A DNA stretch of 64,000 nt, taken from positions 1-64,000 of the forward strand of contig CAWDPO010000035.1 of the NCBI GenBank assembly GCA_963804165.1. Direction: 5' to 3'. The DNA is from an uncultured delta proteobacterium. Lineage in GTDB: Bacteria; Desulfobacterota; Binatia; UBA9968. The position numbers and the translations under genes are program-made. The notes under the pieces were generated by a model that searched no databases, was not told the DNA's origin, and worked only from the letters and a program-made list of their open reading frames with translations. Each line of letters begins with the position of its first letter. The first letter of the stretch is position 1. Shown in pieces: positions 63,198-64,000 of the stretch.

Positions 63198-63788
63198 TTA
63201 CTTCATGGCCACAAACCCAGGCTGCGCCTTTACTCGTTCGATCCATGTTCGAACCTTCGGAAAATCATCCAGCGGAAATCCACCTTCATGCGCGACATGC
63301 GTATAAGCAAAGAGAGCGATGTCGGCGATCGAGTAATCGCCGACAAAGAAATCTTTCTTGGAGAGATGATCTTCCATAATTTTAAGCGCCGCCCAGCCGC
63401 CGTCGCGTTTCGAGGCGAGCAGCGCGGTATTTTCCGGTGACTCAGGCTTGTGCTGAATCCAGAAGCGAGAAGTGGCGATGTACGGTTCGTGACTGTATTG
63501 TTCGAAGCACATCCATTGGAAAATCAGCGCGAATTTCTGGCGGTCTTCGGGGAGAAATTTTGTTCCTTTGGCGAGATACGCAAGGATGGCGTTGGATTCC
63601 GCGAGAACAAAGCCGTTGTCGTCGAGCACCGGCGTCCGGCCATTCGGATTAATCTTTAAGAACTCCGCGGTTCGGCTTTCGCCTTTCAAGATATCGACTT
63701 CGACGATCTCGCACGGAATGCTGAGATGGGCGAGCAGCAAGCGAACTTTGTAGGAATTGCCGGAGTAGGCGACGTTGTAAAGTCTCAT
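63198..63788 (-). CDS. Glutathione S-transferase family protein
   Basis: SGNSYKVRL, NPNGRTPVL, ESNAILAYLA and SIADIAL motifs. Confidence 0.92.
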   Translation of the reverse strand: MRLYNVAYSGNSYKVRLLLAHLSIPCEIVEVDILKGESRTAEFLKINPNGRTPVLDDNGFVLAESNAILAYLAKGTKFLPEDRQKFALIFQWMCFEQYSHEPYIATSRFWIQHKPESPENTALLASKRDGGWAALKIMEDHLSKKDFFVGDYSIADIALFAYTHVAHEGGFPLDDFPKVRTWIERVKAQPGFVAMK

Positions 63789-63905
63789 GAGTAACCGCCG
63801 TTCAAAAGTTCAAGGTTCAAAGTTCAAGGTAAGAACGCTGCAAAAACACAGTCACTGTTCCGATCACCTTGAACGTTGAACGATTGAACTTTGAGCGGGT
63901 ACTTT

Positions 63906-64000
63906 CTAGATCTGCGGCTCTAGGATTTCCAATCCATCCAAGCGGTCGATAAGAAAAAGCTTGCCGTCGTCGGCGCGGAAGACGTCGTTGCTCTGGACCG
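63906..64000 (-). CDS. C-terminus of an LVIVD-repeat-like protein (truncated by window edge)
   Basis: Reads VQSNDVFRADDGKLFLIDRLDGLEILEPQI*. Confidence 0.55.
   Translation of the reverse strand, partial: VQSNDVFRADDGKLFLIDRLDGLEILEPQI

Overview
GC-rich bacterial window dominated by transport and catabolic genes. It holds 11 periplasmic solute-binding proteins, one ABC permease, a TctABC transporter, four amidohydrolase-2 enzymes, two Rieske oxygenases, an aryl-adenylate ligase, an FAD monooxygenase, a gentisate 1,2-dioxygenase and a CocE/NonD hydrolase. This style resembles Ca. Binatia/Desulfobacterota-B (inference only). It also carries a Tat-exported formate dehydrogenase operon with an in-frame UGA and SECIS-like hairpin. 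The most notable hidden feature, missed by the ORF track, is a probable selenoprotein at 13429-14202: a glutaredoxin domain with a U-S-S-C motif and SECIS-like hairpin, fused to a DinB/S-transferase-like domain. Other signals are interleaved degenerate direct repeats and gene stubs (mobA/aor fusion scar, XRE, TPP enzyme) and several families of short-period palindromic intergenic repeats. Clusters of single-base frameshifts are probably sequencing errors. No rRNA, tRNA, CRISPR array or intact transposase was recognised. All product calls come from motif reading; no database search was run.
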